Shown here in pieces: positions 30,876 to 41,606 of a stretch of 52,479 nt of DNA. This stretch comes from Candidatus Woesebacteria bacterium (GTDB lineage Bacteria; Patescibacteriota; Microgenomatia; UBA1400; PJMF01). A model generated the notes under the pieces. The model saw nothing but the letters and a program-made list of their open reading frames with translations, made no database searches and had not been told where the DNA came from. The position numbers and the translations under genes are program-made. Numbering within the stretch: position 1 is the stretch's first letter; each line of letters opens with the position of its first letter. The DNA is taken from assembly GCA_050123235.1 (NCBI GenBank), contig JASFHL010000009.1, positions 1-52,479 of the forward strand, written 5' to 3'.

Positions 30876-30890
30876 TATGAAAGCAAAAAA

Positions 30891-30922
30891 AAATCTGACT
30901 CAAACACGATGATAGAAATTTG
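30891..30922 (-). other. 3' arm of the 16S pre-rRNA processing stem
   Basis: Pairs with 32569-32600 over 32 nt with a 3x3 internal loop. Confidence 0.8.
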
Positions 30923-31014
30923 ACCTGGATATGATGGTCACAGGATTTTAGTTTTTCGTCCTAATTACTCAAGACGGGAGAAGGAGGTCGTGATAACTCC
31001 TACCCATTCTCCTT

Positions 31015-32543
<1,529 letters not shown>

Positions 32544-32568
32544 ATTAATTTTCAAATTTAATCGTTAA

Positions 32569-32600
32569 CAAATTTCTATCATCATGTTTATTTCAGATTT
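32569..32600 (-). other. 5' arm of the 16S pre-rRNA processing stem
   Basis: Inverted repeat of 30891-30922. Confidence 0.8.
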
Positions 32601-32617
32601 ATGCTGTCATATTTATT

Positions 32618-32629
32618 TGTTAAAGTGCT
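32618..32629 (-). promoter_or_regulatory. boxA-like rRNA antitermination element
   Basis: AGCACTTTAACA vs TGCTCTTTAACA, between the promoter and the processing stem. Confidence 0.6.
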
Positions 32630-32731
32630 GCAAACAATAAAATCATAGATACTTTTCAATTTGTATCTTGTTTCATTGTTTTTTTTAATTAAATTCCTCA
32701 AGAAAAGGTTGAGATGATTTAAAGCTTATAT

Positions 32732-32760
32732 ATCATATATAAAGTGTTTTGAAATGTCAA
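32732..32760 (-). promoter_or_regulatory. rRNA promoter
   Basis: TTGACA-17 nt-TATGAT. Confidence 0.8.
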
Positions 32761-32799
32761 AAGCAATTGAGTGGCTTTTTATCTGGTGGAAAAGCTTTT

Positions 32800-33528
32800 T
32801 TAATCTACTCTTTTTGCAAAAACTAGTAGTCTTTTTTTAGTGGTACCTGGAGGCCAACAAGTTTGTAAAACTATAGTTTCTGTTTCATAGAATTGATCAA
32901 GAAAAGATACTTCATCAGCCTGAGTAACTTTAGTTTCGGAGACAGAATATTGATACTGTTTTTGTTCATGCCAAATATAAATTTTATCTCCTGTTTTTAA
33001 TTTACCTAGTAAATAAAAAACTGCATTGTATTGAGTACGTAGTTCACTACTGGAAGAATGGGCAAAATAATAGCCAATGCCAGCATTATCAGGGAAGGCT
33101 GTGCTTGAGGCATGAGCAATGCCTTTTTTAAGAGCTTCTTTATATGCTTGTTTATCATTAGGGTCAACATTAAAAACTACTGGTTCATCTAAAAAAATGA
33201 CTGGAATTTTAATACCGTAATCTTTGTATTTGCTCCTGCCGCTATAATTAAGAGCTTTAAATTCTGGCAGGAATAAACCCCTGATATCAGAAACGTGAAA
33301 AACATTAATGAGAATTTTTTGATATTGATATTTACTTTCAACTATTAGGACTGGTAGGAAAGTAGTTAGTATCCAATGGAGAAAAACTACGGCTAGTAAG
33401 AGAACAAGAACAGTGGGAATTTTAAGTAATTTTATTTTTTTTAAAAGAGCTTCAAAAAAAGACTTAAATTTTCGTTTTTTAAGAAAAGAGAAAATAAAAT
33501 GAGCTTTATTTTTTTTTAAATTAGGCAT
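32800..33528 (-). CDS. Sortase
   Basis: N-terminal TM, GIAH, FAHSS, LQTCWPPGTTKKRLLV (His/Cys/Arg triad). Confidence 0.9.
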   Translation of the reverse strand: MPNLKKNKAHFIFSFLKKRKFKSFFEALLKKIKLLKIPTVLVLLLAVVFLHWILTTFLPVLIVESKYQYQKILINVFHVSDIRGLFLPEFKALNYSGRSKYKDYGIKIPVIFLDEPVVFNVDPNDKQAYKEALKKGIAHASSTAFPDNAGIGYYFAHSSSSELRTQYNAVFYLLGKLKTGDKIYIWHEQKQYQYSVSETKVTQADEVSFLDQFYETETIVLQTCWPPGTTKKRLLVFAKRVD

Positions 33529-33670
33529 AGTTAAGCATATTGCAGAAGGTTTTGGTAAAAGATACAGATAGATTATTAATTAGTTTTTGCTAAATATCAA
33601 TAAAAGTTTAAAAATTGTTTTTTTGTGATATAGTATTAGTTATATTATAATTAAGTAAGAAAGCTTAATT

Positions 33671-33928
33671 ATGCCAAGAGGGATAAACTTTGTTGAAGGA
33701 AGAGAATTCAGGTCTGATCAACCGAGTGGTTGGTATTTTGGGACTTGGTCAACTAGGGATGGGAGTGAGAGCAAAGGCAATTGCTTTAAACCAAATGTGC
33801 CAGTGAGAAAAGTTGCTGGCCCTGAAGCTAAGAGACCCTCTCCACCTTGGGGACAAGCAGTTGCCTATTGGTGCGCTTTATGCAATGTGCTTTTACCAGA
33901 TCGTTGTCTAGCTGATCATGGGCTGTAA
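33671..33928 (+). CDS. Small orphan Cys/Trp-rich protein
   Basis: 85 aa ATG ORF with mostly A/T third positions, TATAAT upstream and a terminator right after the stop. Confidence 0.55.
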   Translation: MPRGINFVEGREFRSDQPSGWYFGTWSTRDGSESKGNCFKPNVPVRKVAGPEAKRPSPPWGQAVAYWCALCNVLLPDRCLADHGL

Positions 33929-33951
33929 ACTAGGTGGTAAACTTAGTTTTT
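33927..33951 (+). terminator. Putative intrinsic terminator
   Basis: AAACTAGGT-GGTAA-ACTTAGTTT followed by further Ts. Confidence 0.55.
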
Positions 33952-33972
33952 AGCTAAAAATTTTTGCCAAAC

Positions 33973-35241
33973 TTATTTTCTTTTTTTCAAAATCTGTAAA
34001 ACAATTCCCATGCCTCCACTGAAAATACCACTAATAGAAAGCATGGTATTAGTACCAGTTTCTGGTTGAGTAGTTAGGGGTTTTGTTTTGATATATAAAG
34101 TTTTTTTACAACCATTACTTCCGCCTTTCCAATTACCTGTTGAATCTTTGATATAAGCCCTAACCGTATAAGTGCCAGCTTGATGATATTTTTTTTGAAA
34201 AAAATTATTGTTTTTTTCTTCTGAACTATTGTCGCCATAGTCTACTTTAAAAGCCTGAAGTGACCCCTTATTATCATAGCCACTGACTTGGAAAGTAACT
34301 GAGGAAGGAGCATAAGCTCCATTACCAGCCGTAATGAAGATATCACTACAGCTAGATTTATGAGATTCTATTTGAGATGATTTAACTTTCACTTCAGTAG
34401 TACAAGCTGTACTGGTCTTCCAGTTACCTACGCTATCTTTGACTTCTACTCTAGCCTGAAAAGTCCCTGATACTTCATATTTATGAGTGATTTCAGAGTC
34501 ACTTGTTTCAATTTCTTGACCATCACCAAAATAAAATCGATATTTTTTAATTTCTCCTTTATTATCACTGCCTCTAGCTCTAAACTTCACTTTGGCAGGA
34601 ACTAAAGCATTATTGCCACTGACAATATCCAAATCATCACAAGAACTGCTGTGAGGAATTCCAGTTGGAGTGGGAGTGGCAGTAGGGCTGGGAGTAGTTG
34701 TAGGTGTTGGAGTACTAGTGACTGTGGGGGTAGCACTAGGTTTAGTAGTTGGGGTGGCTGTAGCAGTAGATTTGGGAGTCGCAGTAGGAGTAGTGGTGGC
34801 AGATGGTACAGAACAGCTGCTTAGAGGTGGATCATCCATAATCCAACCAACAGTTTGTCCTCCACTTTGCCAATCAATTTGATAAGCAAGACATTCACAA
34901 GCTTTACCATTTGGTAAATAGTGATAACCACCTTCTCCCACAGGGAAGATATTACATTGTGCTTGATCTTGAACTTTATAATTTTTGTATTCAATGTGAA
35001 TGGCATTACTGTTGTCACATCGTAGGGCATAAACCCCTTGGTCCCAAGTACAAGATAATTGATTACAATAAAAAATATAAGTACCTTCAATTTGATTACT
35101 TCCAGGATTATGATATCTTTCCTCAATACATTGTTGAGCAATTACTTTTCTAGCTGAAATAAAAAAACTGATTAAGGTAATATTTACCAAAAATAGAATT
35201 AATAGTGGAGCTTGTTTTAACTTATTAATAATTTTTTTCAT
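33973..35241 (-). CDS. Secreted PKD-repeat surface protein with QPETG sorting signal
   Basis: Signal peptide from ATG 35241, Cys-rich N domain, Thr/Pro linker, two PKD-like repeats (FYFGDG, VDYGDN), then QPETG, a hydrophobic stretch and KKRK. Confidence 0.8.
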   Translation of the reverse strand: MKKIINKLKQAPLLILFLVNITLISFFISARKVIAQQCIEERYHNPGSNQIEGTYIFYCNQLSCTWDQGVYALRCDNSNAIHIEYKNYKVQDQAQCNIFPVGEGGYHYLPNGKACECLAYQIDWQSGGQTVGWIMDDPPLSSCSVPSATTTPTATPKSTATATPTTKPSATPTVTSTPTPTTTPSPTATPTPTGIPHSSSCDDLDIVSGNNALVPAKVKFRARGSDNKGEIKKYRFYFGDGQEIETSDSEITHKYEVSGTFQARVEVKDSVGNWKTSTACTTEVKVKSSQIESHKSSCSDIFITAGNGAYAPSSVTFQVSGYDNKGSLQAFKVDYGDNSSEEKNNNFFQKKYHQAGTYTVRAYIKDSTGNWKGGSNGCKKTLYIKTKPLTTQPETGTNTMLSISGIFSGGMGIVLQILKKRK

Positions 35242-35288
35242 TGATAATAAAAAGTGTTTTATATATTTTGATATATTATACACTGTTT

Positions 35289-36404
35289 TTAAATTATTAT
35301 CGCTCCACCAAGGCAAATATAATCTCTTGAATTATTTAATTTAGTATAAAAAACAGCATATTGACCCGGAGTAATAGCAAAGGCTTTTTGATCAAGTTTT
35401 ACTAAGTATTTGTTTTTATTTTTAGTTTTAGTTTTTAAATTACAACTTATAAAAGAAGCACTGTGTCTTATTTTGACAAATAAAGGATTGTTATTTAATA
35501 GTTTTGGAGAATCGTTGACCAAGGATAAGTTTTGAATCCAAAAATTATCTTGATAGGCATCTGACCTATTGCCAACGATTAATTGGTTTTCTTTTTTATT
35601 TTTAGCAATGATAAATAAAGAAGGAGGATTATGTTTATCTTTTACTAATTTAGTTTTATTAATTAAACTTTTAGTATTTATAGTAAAGCCATGTCTTTGA
35701 CCAATGGTGTATAGCCAGATACCATTATGTTGTCCAATTACATTTCCTTTTTTGTCAATTACTTGTCCTACTCTGCTTTTCAATTTTTCTTTTAAAAAAT
35801 CTACTACTTTCATTTCTTCAATAAAACAAATTCCAGCAGAATTTTTTTCTTGACTAAAGTGAATGTTTCTTTTTTTTGCTTTTTTTCTTACTTCATTTTT
35901 ACTTAAATGGCCGATTGGGAAAATGATTTTTTTTAATTGTTGCTCTTTTAATTGATGTAAAAAATAGCTTTGATCTTTGTTTTTATCATTGGCAGTTTGT
36001 AAATAAAAATTGCTATTCTTAGTAAGAATTTTGGCATAATGACCAGTGGCAATATAATCAAAATTGTTTTTCATAGCCCATTGATAAAAAAGGCCAAATT
36101 TAATTGATTGATTACAAATAACACAAGGATTAGGCGATAATCCCATTTGATATGATTTTAAGAAATAATTGAGAATCTTATTTTCAAATTTACGGTTAAA
36201 ATCCAAGAGACGAAATTTTATTCCTAGATCGTCAGCTATTTTTTTTGCTTTGCTTTCATTTTTTTCAATTTGTTTGGATGAAGTACTCCACAATGTAAAA
36301 TGAACAGCTGTGATTTGATAGTTCTGTTTTTTTAAAAGATAAGCAGCTAAAGCTGAATCAACACCTCCTGACAAAGCTAAGGCCACTTTTTTGGATTGTG
36401 ACAT
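35289..36404 (-). CDS. mnmA: tRNA 2-thiouridine synthase
   Basis: LSGGVDS, PNPCVICN, ATGHYA, KDQSYFL, GICF, TPGQ. Confidence 0.95.
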   Translation of the reverse strand: MSQSKKVALALSGGVDSALAAYLLKKQNYQITAVHFTLWSTSSKQIEKNESKAKKIADDLGIKFRLLDFNRKFENKILNYFLKSYQMGLSPNPCVICNQSIKFGLFYQWAMKNNFDYIATGHYAKILTKNSNFYLQTANDKNKDQSYFLHQLKEQQLKKIIFPIGHLSKNEVRKKAKKRNIHFSQEKNSAGICFIEEMKVVDFLKEKLKSRVGQVIDKKGNVIGQHNGIWLYTIGQRHGFTINTKSLINKTKLVKDKHNPPSLFIIAKNKKENQLIVGNRSDAYQDNFWIQNLSLVNDSPKLLNNNPLFVKIRHSASFISCNLKTKTKNKNKYLVKLDQKAFAITPGQYAVFYTKLNNSRDYICLGGAIII

Positions 36405-36436
36405 ATGGCAAACTAGATTTGTAGATTTTTTTCAAC

Positions 36437-37309
36437 TTATTTTTTTTTAAATTTTTTCGCGTAATCAACACAATAGTCAATCATTTTTCCAGGGATATTT
36501 GCTTTTGTACTTTGCATTAGACCAGTAAATTGAGGAGCTCTATTTACCTCCAATATTTTCATTTGTCCGTTTTCTTTAATCAGGTCTACTCCAGCAAAAG
36601 CATAGCCTAATGCTCGAGCTGCTTTAATAGCTAATTTTTCTTCTACTGCTTTTGGATTATAAATTTCAGCTTTACCACCTAAAGAGATATTATTACGAAA
36701 TTCATTCTGACTAGTAGCTACTCTTTTCATTGCGGCGATAACTTTGTTACCAATAACAAAAAAACGATAGTCACCATCATTTTTAATAAATTTTTGAATT
36801 AAAAGATGACTATGGTATTTATCAAAGAGTTTTTCAATTGAATTTTGATCTTTAATTAAATAAACTCCTCTCCCTTGTGATTGGTCAGTAGTTTTTACAA
36901 TACAAGGATATTGGATTTTTTCAGCAATCTTTTCAAAAGGTTGTTTACTTAAAAAAAGAGTATCAATGATCGGTAAATTATTTTCTGCCAGTTTTGTGTA
37001 TTCAAAACTTTTGCGATCTACCCATGGCAATTTGTTAACGAAAACTGGATCAAGTACTGGAATTTTTTTTTCTAAACAATAACTAGAGATAATGGTAGCT
37101 AATTCAGTATTCTTTTTAAGATGTCTAAAGTGAATCAAATCGTAGTCATCTATTGAATGATTATTTACCCTAATTTTGATTTTATTATCAGTAAAACTAA
37201 TTTTTAGTTCGTAGTAGTGATATAAATCAAGTTGTATTGACTTCTTTTTAGCTTCATGGACAAAGATTTTGTTGTTTTTGGTATGGGTCACTAAGAATAA
37301 TATTTTCAT
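36437..37309 (-). CDS. RimK-family ATP-grasp ligase
   Basis: SQGRGV, LIQKFI, DYRFFVIG, FRNNISLGG, GVDL, LEVN. Confidence 0.88.
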   Translation of the reverse strand: MKILFLVTHTKNNKIFVHEAKKKSIQLDLYHYYELKISFTDNKIKIRVNNHSIDDYDLIHFRHLKKNTELATIISSYCLEKKIPVLDPVFVNKLPWVDRKSFEYTKLAENNLPIIDTLFLSKQPFEKIAEKIQYPCIVKTTDQSQGRGVYLIKDQNSIEKLFDKYHSHLLIQKFIKNDGDYRFFVIGNKVIAAMKRVATSQNEFRNNISLGGKAEIYNPKAVEEKLAIKAARALGYAFAGVDLIKENGQMKILEVNRAPQFTGLMQSTKANIPGKMIDYCVDYAKKFKKK

Positions 37310-37326
37310 TGTGGGTATATTTAGAT

Positions 37327-38298
37327 TTAGTTCAAAGCTAACTGCTTTTCTACTAGATCTAATATTTTGGCAGCAATATTGATAGGTTTTCCTTTCATTG
37401 GATAATGATGCATTCTTAATCCTGGAGATTTATTTACTTCAATGATGCCAGCTTTGTTTTGCTGAGTGATATCTGTGTTTAGATTCTGGCACATCATATC
37501 TATGCCAATAACATTTAGATCACAGGCTTTAGCAATTTTTTCAAATAATTTTTTATTTTCTGGAGACACTTGATTTGTAACATTCCAAGCTTCACCACCA
37601 GTAGAGAGATTAGCGGTTTTACGAAGTATGACCTCTTTATTTTTTGATGGAATAGAGTCTAATGAGAGATTTTGTTCTTTTAGATATCCTTTTAAGAGAT
37701 TATCTATCTTGATTTTAGTTAAATTTCCTTCGTGCCCTTCTTTTCTCCATGGATGTTGATTTTTTTCATCGATCAATTGAGTAATGCTTTTTTTACCATC
37801 ACCAGTCACATAAGCTGCTTTTCTAAAAGCAGCTGCTACAAATTTGAAATCCACGCAAACAATTCTATATTCTGTACCTTCCAGCATCTCTTCAAATAAA
37901 ACTTTTTGTGGTTTTTCTTGATAGTATTTTTTAGCTTCTTCAATATCTTTGATGCCTACTATTACATCTCTGCCATGGGCACCAGCAATAGGTTTCATTA
38001 CTAATGGGAATTGTAATTTATCTATATTTTGAATTTCCTCTGAATTTTTTACGACCACATATTTAGCTGTTGGTAAGTCAAAATGAGTTAGAATTTTTTT
38101 TGTTAATTCTTTAAGATTAGCAATTACACAGCCAATGGCAGATTGAAATGAGGTTCTAGATCCTCTGGTATACCAATGCTTTCCATTCTTTTGCATCAGG
38201 ATAGTATTGTTATCACCAAAGGTAGTGCATTTAATTCCTCGTTTTTGAGCCTCTTGATACATAATTCTAGCACTAGCATCGAGTTTTATTTGTTTCAT
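37327..38298 (-). CDS. Stand-alone ATP-grasp ligase of the cyanophycin synthetase/GshF type
   Basis: VMKP..GAHGRDV, VTGDGKKSITQLI..KN, LRKTANLSTGG, IIEVNKSPGLRMHHYP. No Mur-ligase or GshA domain. Confidence 0.82.
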   Translation of the reverse strand: MKQIKLDASARIMYQEAQKRGIKCTTFGDNNTILMQKNGKHWYTRGSRTSFQSAIGCVIANLKELTKKILTHFDLPTAKYVVVKNSEEIQNIDKLQFPLVMKPIAGAHGRDVIVGIKDIEEAKKYYQEKPQKVLFEEMLEGTEYRIVCVDFKFVAAAFRKAAYVTGDGKKSITQLIDEKNQHPWRKEGHEGNLTKIKIDNLLKGYLKEQNLSLDSIPSKNKEVILRKTANLSTGGEAWNVTNQVSPENKKLFEKIAKACDLNVIGIDMMCQNLNTDITQQNKAGIIEVNKSPGLRMHHYPMKGKPINIAAKILDLVEKQLALN

Positions 38299-38313
38299 AA
38301 TAGTTATTATAAT

Positions 38314-39258
38314 TTAATTAATTAAATTATTAAATTGATTTAGATTTCCAATCTGTTTAATTTCTTGAAGATATTTTTTTATATCCTTAAAGAAAGTAGG
38401 ATAAATTATTTTTTTATCTTTAATCTGAATTTCATTTTTAATTTGATTAATTTGCTTTAAACTCAACCTACCAAGATAGAGTAAATGAGGATCATTAGCT
38501 TTGTTGATTAGCCAATCCCAGACTAAGACTGCTCCTTCTAAATAAGTAATATCTTTAGTAAAACCTCCAGCTTGTGATGTATCTTTTAATCCTCTTTTCT
38601 TTTTAACTACTATATTCCAGATAAAGTTTTCATTTAAATTAAATTTTTTTAGAGCAGCAAAAATTCGACTAAATGATTGAGTTCTAGCTAAATAACTAGC
38701 GTAATAATGATAATAACTTTTGTGCATGATTTTTTCTTTACGAAAAAGATAATTGTGAAGAGTAGCAATACCTTCTTCTGTTTTCCTGAAGCTAGGAGTT
38801 TCAGCCATTTTACCCAGTTTTTGTTTGTCGTGATTGTATCTACGTAAATAGTGAGTTTCTATTTCGTGATTAATTTTGCCAATGATTTTTTCTTTACTTA
38901 ATAAAATTGGAGTCTGAAAATAGAGTCCTTTTGAACCTAATTTAGCCTGACCAATATATTTTGGAGAATAATAAATAGGTATTTGCTTAAGACCTAATTG
39001 ATAAAAGACAGTTTTAATTAACTTATTCACTTCTTCAGTTGATGTTTCTACTTGTTTGCTTTTTAAGGGAACAGGATATTGTTGAAGCATTTTTTTACTA
39101 TGTAAAAAAATATGCTTTTTTGGTAAACCATAATAAGTTAATATTTTGCGATCAATTGCTTTTTTATATTTAAATTGAGGATTATAAGAAAAATCAGAGA
39201 AAAACTTTTTTCTTTCTTCTTGTATATTAACTGGTGTTAAATCACTGATAAAGCCCAT
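38314..39258 (-). CDS. DUF1704 / MATCAP-like metallocarboxypeptidase
   Basis: YNPQFKY, HEIETH (HExxxH), TEEGIA, KKRGLKDTS..GGFTKDITYLEG, LYLGRLS. Confidence 0.8.
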   Translation of the reverse strand: MGFISDLTPVNIQEERKKFFSDFSYNPQFKYKKAIDRKILTYYGLPKKHIFLHSKKMLQQYPVPLKSKQVETSTEEVNKLIKTVFYQLGLKQIPIYYSPKYIGQAKLGSKGLYFQTPILLSKEKIIGKINHEIETHYLRRYNHDKQKLGKMAETPSFRKTEEGIATLHNYLFRKEKIMHKSYYHYYASYLARTQSFSRIFAALKKFNLNENFIWNIVVKKKRGLKDTSQAGGFTKDITYLEGAVLVWDWLINKANDPHLLYLGRLSLKQINQIKNEIQIKDKKIIYPTFFKDIKKYLQEIKQIGNLNQFNNLIN

Positions 39259-40541
39259 TATTCACCTACTCCCACTAGAAAACCAGCTAGGTCTTTACGT
39301 CCTATTTCTATACGATGTTTACCTTTGTTAAGTTTTTTAGAGACAATCATAGCTGTTTTTAATCTTTTTTCTTTTAGTTTTACTTTAATTTCAACTACTG
39401 GCACTTTTCCCTCGCCGGCTTCTTGTTGAAACCAGAGTAAATCATCAACATCAATTAAACCCAATTGACTTGATAATTGTCCACTAATAGCACTTCTGTA
39501 TCTACCAGTATTAATAAGAGCAGTAACGGTTTGTTTTACCTTATTCTCACCTTGTACAATTACTTCTTCTCTTGGTTGAACAATAGTTAAACCTTCTTTA
39601 GCTTTAATCTTATCAGCAAAACTTTCAGCAAATAGCGCTTGGCTAATTCTCACACCATGGTCAGGATTTAAAACATTAAGGTCTTCTACTCTTTCTAATC
39701 TACGTCGCAAACCAGCTTTATTGGCTACTTGGATGGAAAGACCGGGATTAGCATTCAATTCTACCACCATGGGTCCTTGTTCCTTATGAAGAAATATATC
39801 TACTCCACTAAACATCAATTTTGCAGCATTGCTAGCTTCAATGGCTGTTTTTAAAACTTTAGTCCAGAAAGGAATGATGATACCGTTAAGTTTTTTTTTT
39901 GTTCCTGGTAAATATTTAATTAACTGATTTTTGTGTGCGGCAGCATAAGTAGTAATTCCAGTTGCCATATCAATGCCTACTCCGATAGCCCCTTGACTTT
40001 GATTAGCCCTTCCCTCTGATTCCTCAGTTGGTAATCTGAGTAGGGCCATGATTGGGACACTATTAAAAACAATTACTCGAATATCTGGGGTTCCTTTATA
40101 GGTGTATCTAAGTAGCTTTGGATGGATGGGAACTCTTTCTTCAATAATAATATGGTTTTTATCACCATAGGTACTGTATTGACCTTCTAAAATATCAAAA
40201 CAATGTAATTTAATATCTTCTAAATCCCAGATTTCACCTAATCTATCTTTCCACTCAAGTTTATTTTTATGTTTAGTTGAGAAGGCGACTACACCTTTCC
40301 CTGCATTGCCATTAGTAGGTTTGATCACAAAATCTTTTTCTAGTTTTTTCCAGTCGTAATCATTGATATCTTCAATTGTTCCCAAAATGCCATAAAGCTT
40401 AGCTGTGGGGATATTATTATTTCCCAGAAGAATCTTAGTGGCATACTTGGATGAACAGATAGCTTTTGCCGTATTAGAATTAAATGAAGTATAAAGCTGG
40501 TTACGGGCATTCATACCCAGAATTTCATTAGCTTTAATCAT
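39258..40541 (-). CDS. Alpha-L-glutamate-ligase-like ATP-grasp fused to a degenerate RimB/retropepsin-like domain
   Basis: ILGMNARN, FVIKP..GNAGKG, PDIRVIV, LRLPT..SEGRAN, ELNANPGLSIQVAN; C-terminal ALINTGRYRSAI...IGRKDLAGFLV. Confidence 0.82.
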   Translation of the reverse strand: MIKANEILGMNARNQLYTSFNSNTAKAICSSKYATKILLGNNNIPTAKLYGILGTIEDINDYDWKKLEKDFVIKPTNGNAGKGVVAFSTKHKNKLEWKDRLGEIWDLEDIKLHCFDILEGQYSTYGDKNHIIIEERVPIHPKLLRYTYKGTPDIRVIVFNSVPIMALLRLPTEESEGRANQSQGAIGVGIDMATGITTYAAAHKNQLIKYLPGTKKKLNGIIIPFWTKVLKTAIEASNAAKLMFSGVDIFLHKEQGPMVVELNANPGLSIQVANKAGLRRRLERVEDLNVLNPDHGVRISQALFAESFADKIKAKEGLTIVQPREEVIVQGENKVKQTVTALINTGRYRSAISGQLSSQLGLIDVDDLLWFQQEAGEGKVPVVEIKVKLKEKRLKTAMIVSKKLNKGKHRIEIGRKDLAGFLVGVGE

Positions 40542-41514
40542 ATTTTTTGTTTAAGAGGGAACCAAATCTAATATATTCTAAGAGACGTAGCCCAGTGTAT
40601 TTACTGATGATATAGTTGATGACTGCGACTCCAATCAGGGTAAGCTCTGGTTTCAGAATCACAAATTGTCTAATTTCTTCCATTCCAATAATCAAAGAAC
40701 AAAGTATAGCAATCAGTAAAGTTTCTAAAGTTAATGTGAAAGCTTCTCTTTGACTAGTAAATAATTGGGTTTCCATGAAATTTTCAGTTAAGAGCATAAT
40801 AATTAATAAAGGGAAAATGTTAAGCGTGAGTAGTGAGAATTTGTCAAAGTTGGAAGATATAATTAAAATGGCAAGGATGATAATTGATACACCCCAAAGT
40901 AACATGGCAGTTCTAGGTAAATAGGGCATTTTAAATTTCTTGATAATTTTTCTACTTAGAGTTGCAGCCAATAAAACTGCTAGAAAAATACTGGTGCCAG
41001 TGATGATGCCAGTAGATACAAAGGCGACTGATAAAACAGCCGGAATATAAATACCAAATCCTCTTAAACCTATGATATGTCTAGAAGCAGCAATAATTGA
41101 GGCAATTGTTGGGAACAAAATAAGCAAGACAATAATATTGGCAGGTAGTCCTTTTTCAATAGAGTTTCTGATAGCGTGTTGAAGAAAGTTATGCCAAGTT
41201 AATTTTCCAATCGGGTGTTGTTCTAGATATTGAACAAGATTGCTTTGTTGTTGGCTACTAGGATCTGTAATATCTTCATCTTTTTTCTTTTGAATCTTTT
41301 CTACTACTTCAGCTGATGGGGAGGAAAGTTTACTTGATTCAGTAGCTTCAGCAGAAGGAGTAGATCCTTCTGCTGCTGAGACACTCAGATCTTCTGCGGC
41401 TCTGATTACTTCAATATCTGTGATTTGAGCTTGTATTTTACTTGAATTAATCAAGGCTATAGAAGCTATGATAAAGTTAATAAAAAGGATGGTGAATTTA
41501 TTCTTAATTGGCAT
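40534..41514 (-). CDS. 7TM protein (7TM_transglut-like) with a short low-complexity ectodomain
   Basis: RHIIGLRGFGIYIP, YLPRTA, IFPLLII..TENF, KYTGLRLLEYIRF; signal peptide. Confidence 0.8.
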   Translation of the reverse strand: MPIKNKFTILFINFIIASIALINSSKIQAQITDIEVIRAAEDLSVSAAEGSTPSAEATESSKLSSPSAEVVEKIQKKKDEDITDPSSQQQSNLVQYLEQHPIGKLTWHNFLQHAIRNSIEKGLPANIIVLLILFPTIASIIAASRHIIGLRGFGIYIPAVLSVAFVSTGIITGTSIFLAVLLAATLSRKIIKKFKMPYLPRTAMLLWGVSIIILAILIISSNFDKFSLLTLNIFPLLIIMLLTENFMETQLFTSQREAFTLTLETLLIAILCSLIIGMEEIRQFVILKPELTLIGVAVINYIISKYTGLRLLEYIRFGSLLNKKYD

Positions 41515-41606
41515 AACAAACTATTATAGCAAGAAGCTTGGATATAAGGCGAGATTATTTTTATCATTACAAGATAGTTCTTGAGAAGAAAGGGGTAATG
41601 TTAAAG

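Noticed and set aside
33671-33928. RNase P RNA or tmRNA explanation for the GC-richer patch
   Set aside because: No GAGGAAAGTCC or tRNA-like ends; codon pattern fits a protein.
34660-34805. Repetitive GTAG/GGAGT tract resembling a repeat array
   Set aside because: Encodes the Thr/Pro linker. No CRISPR repeat-spacer periodicity or cas genes seen anywhere in the window.
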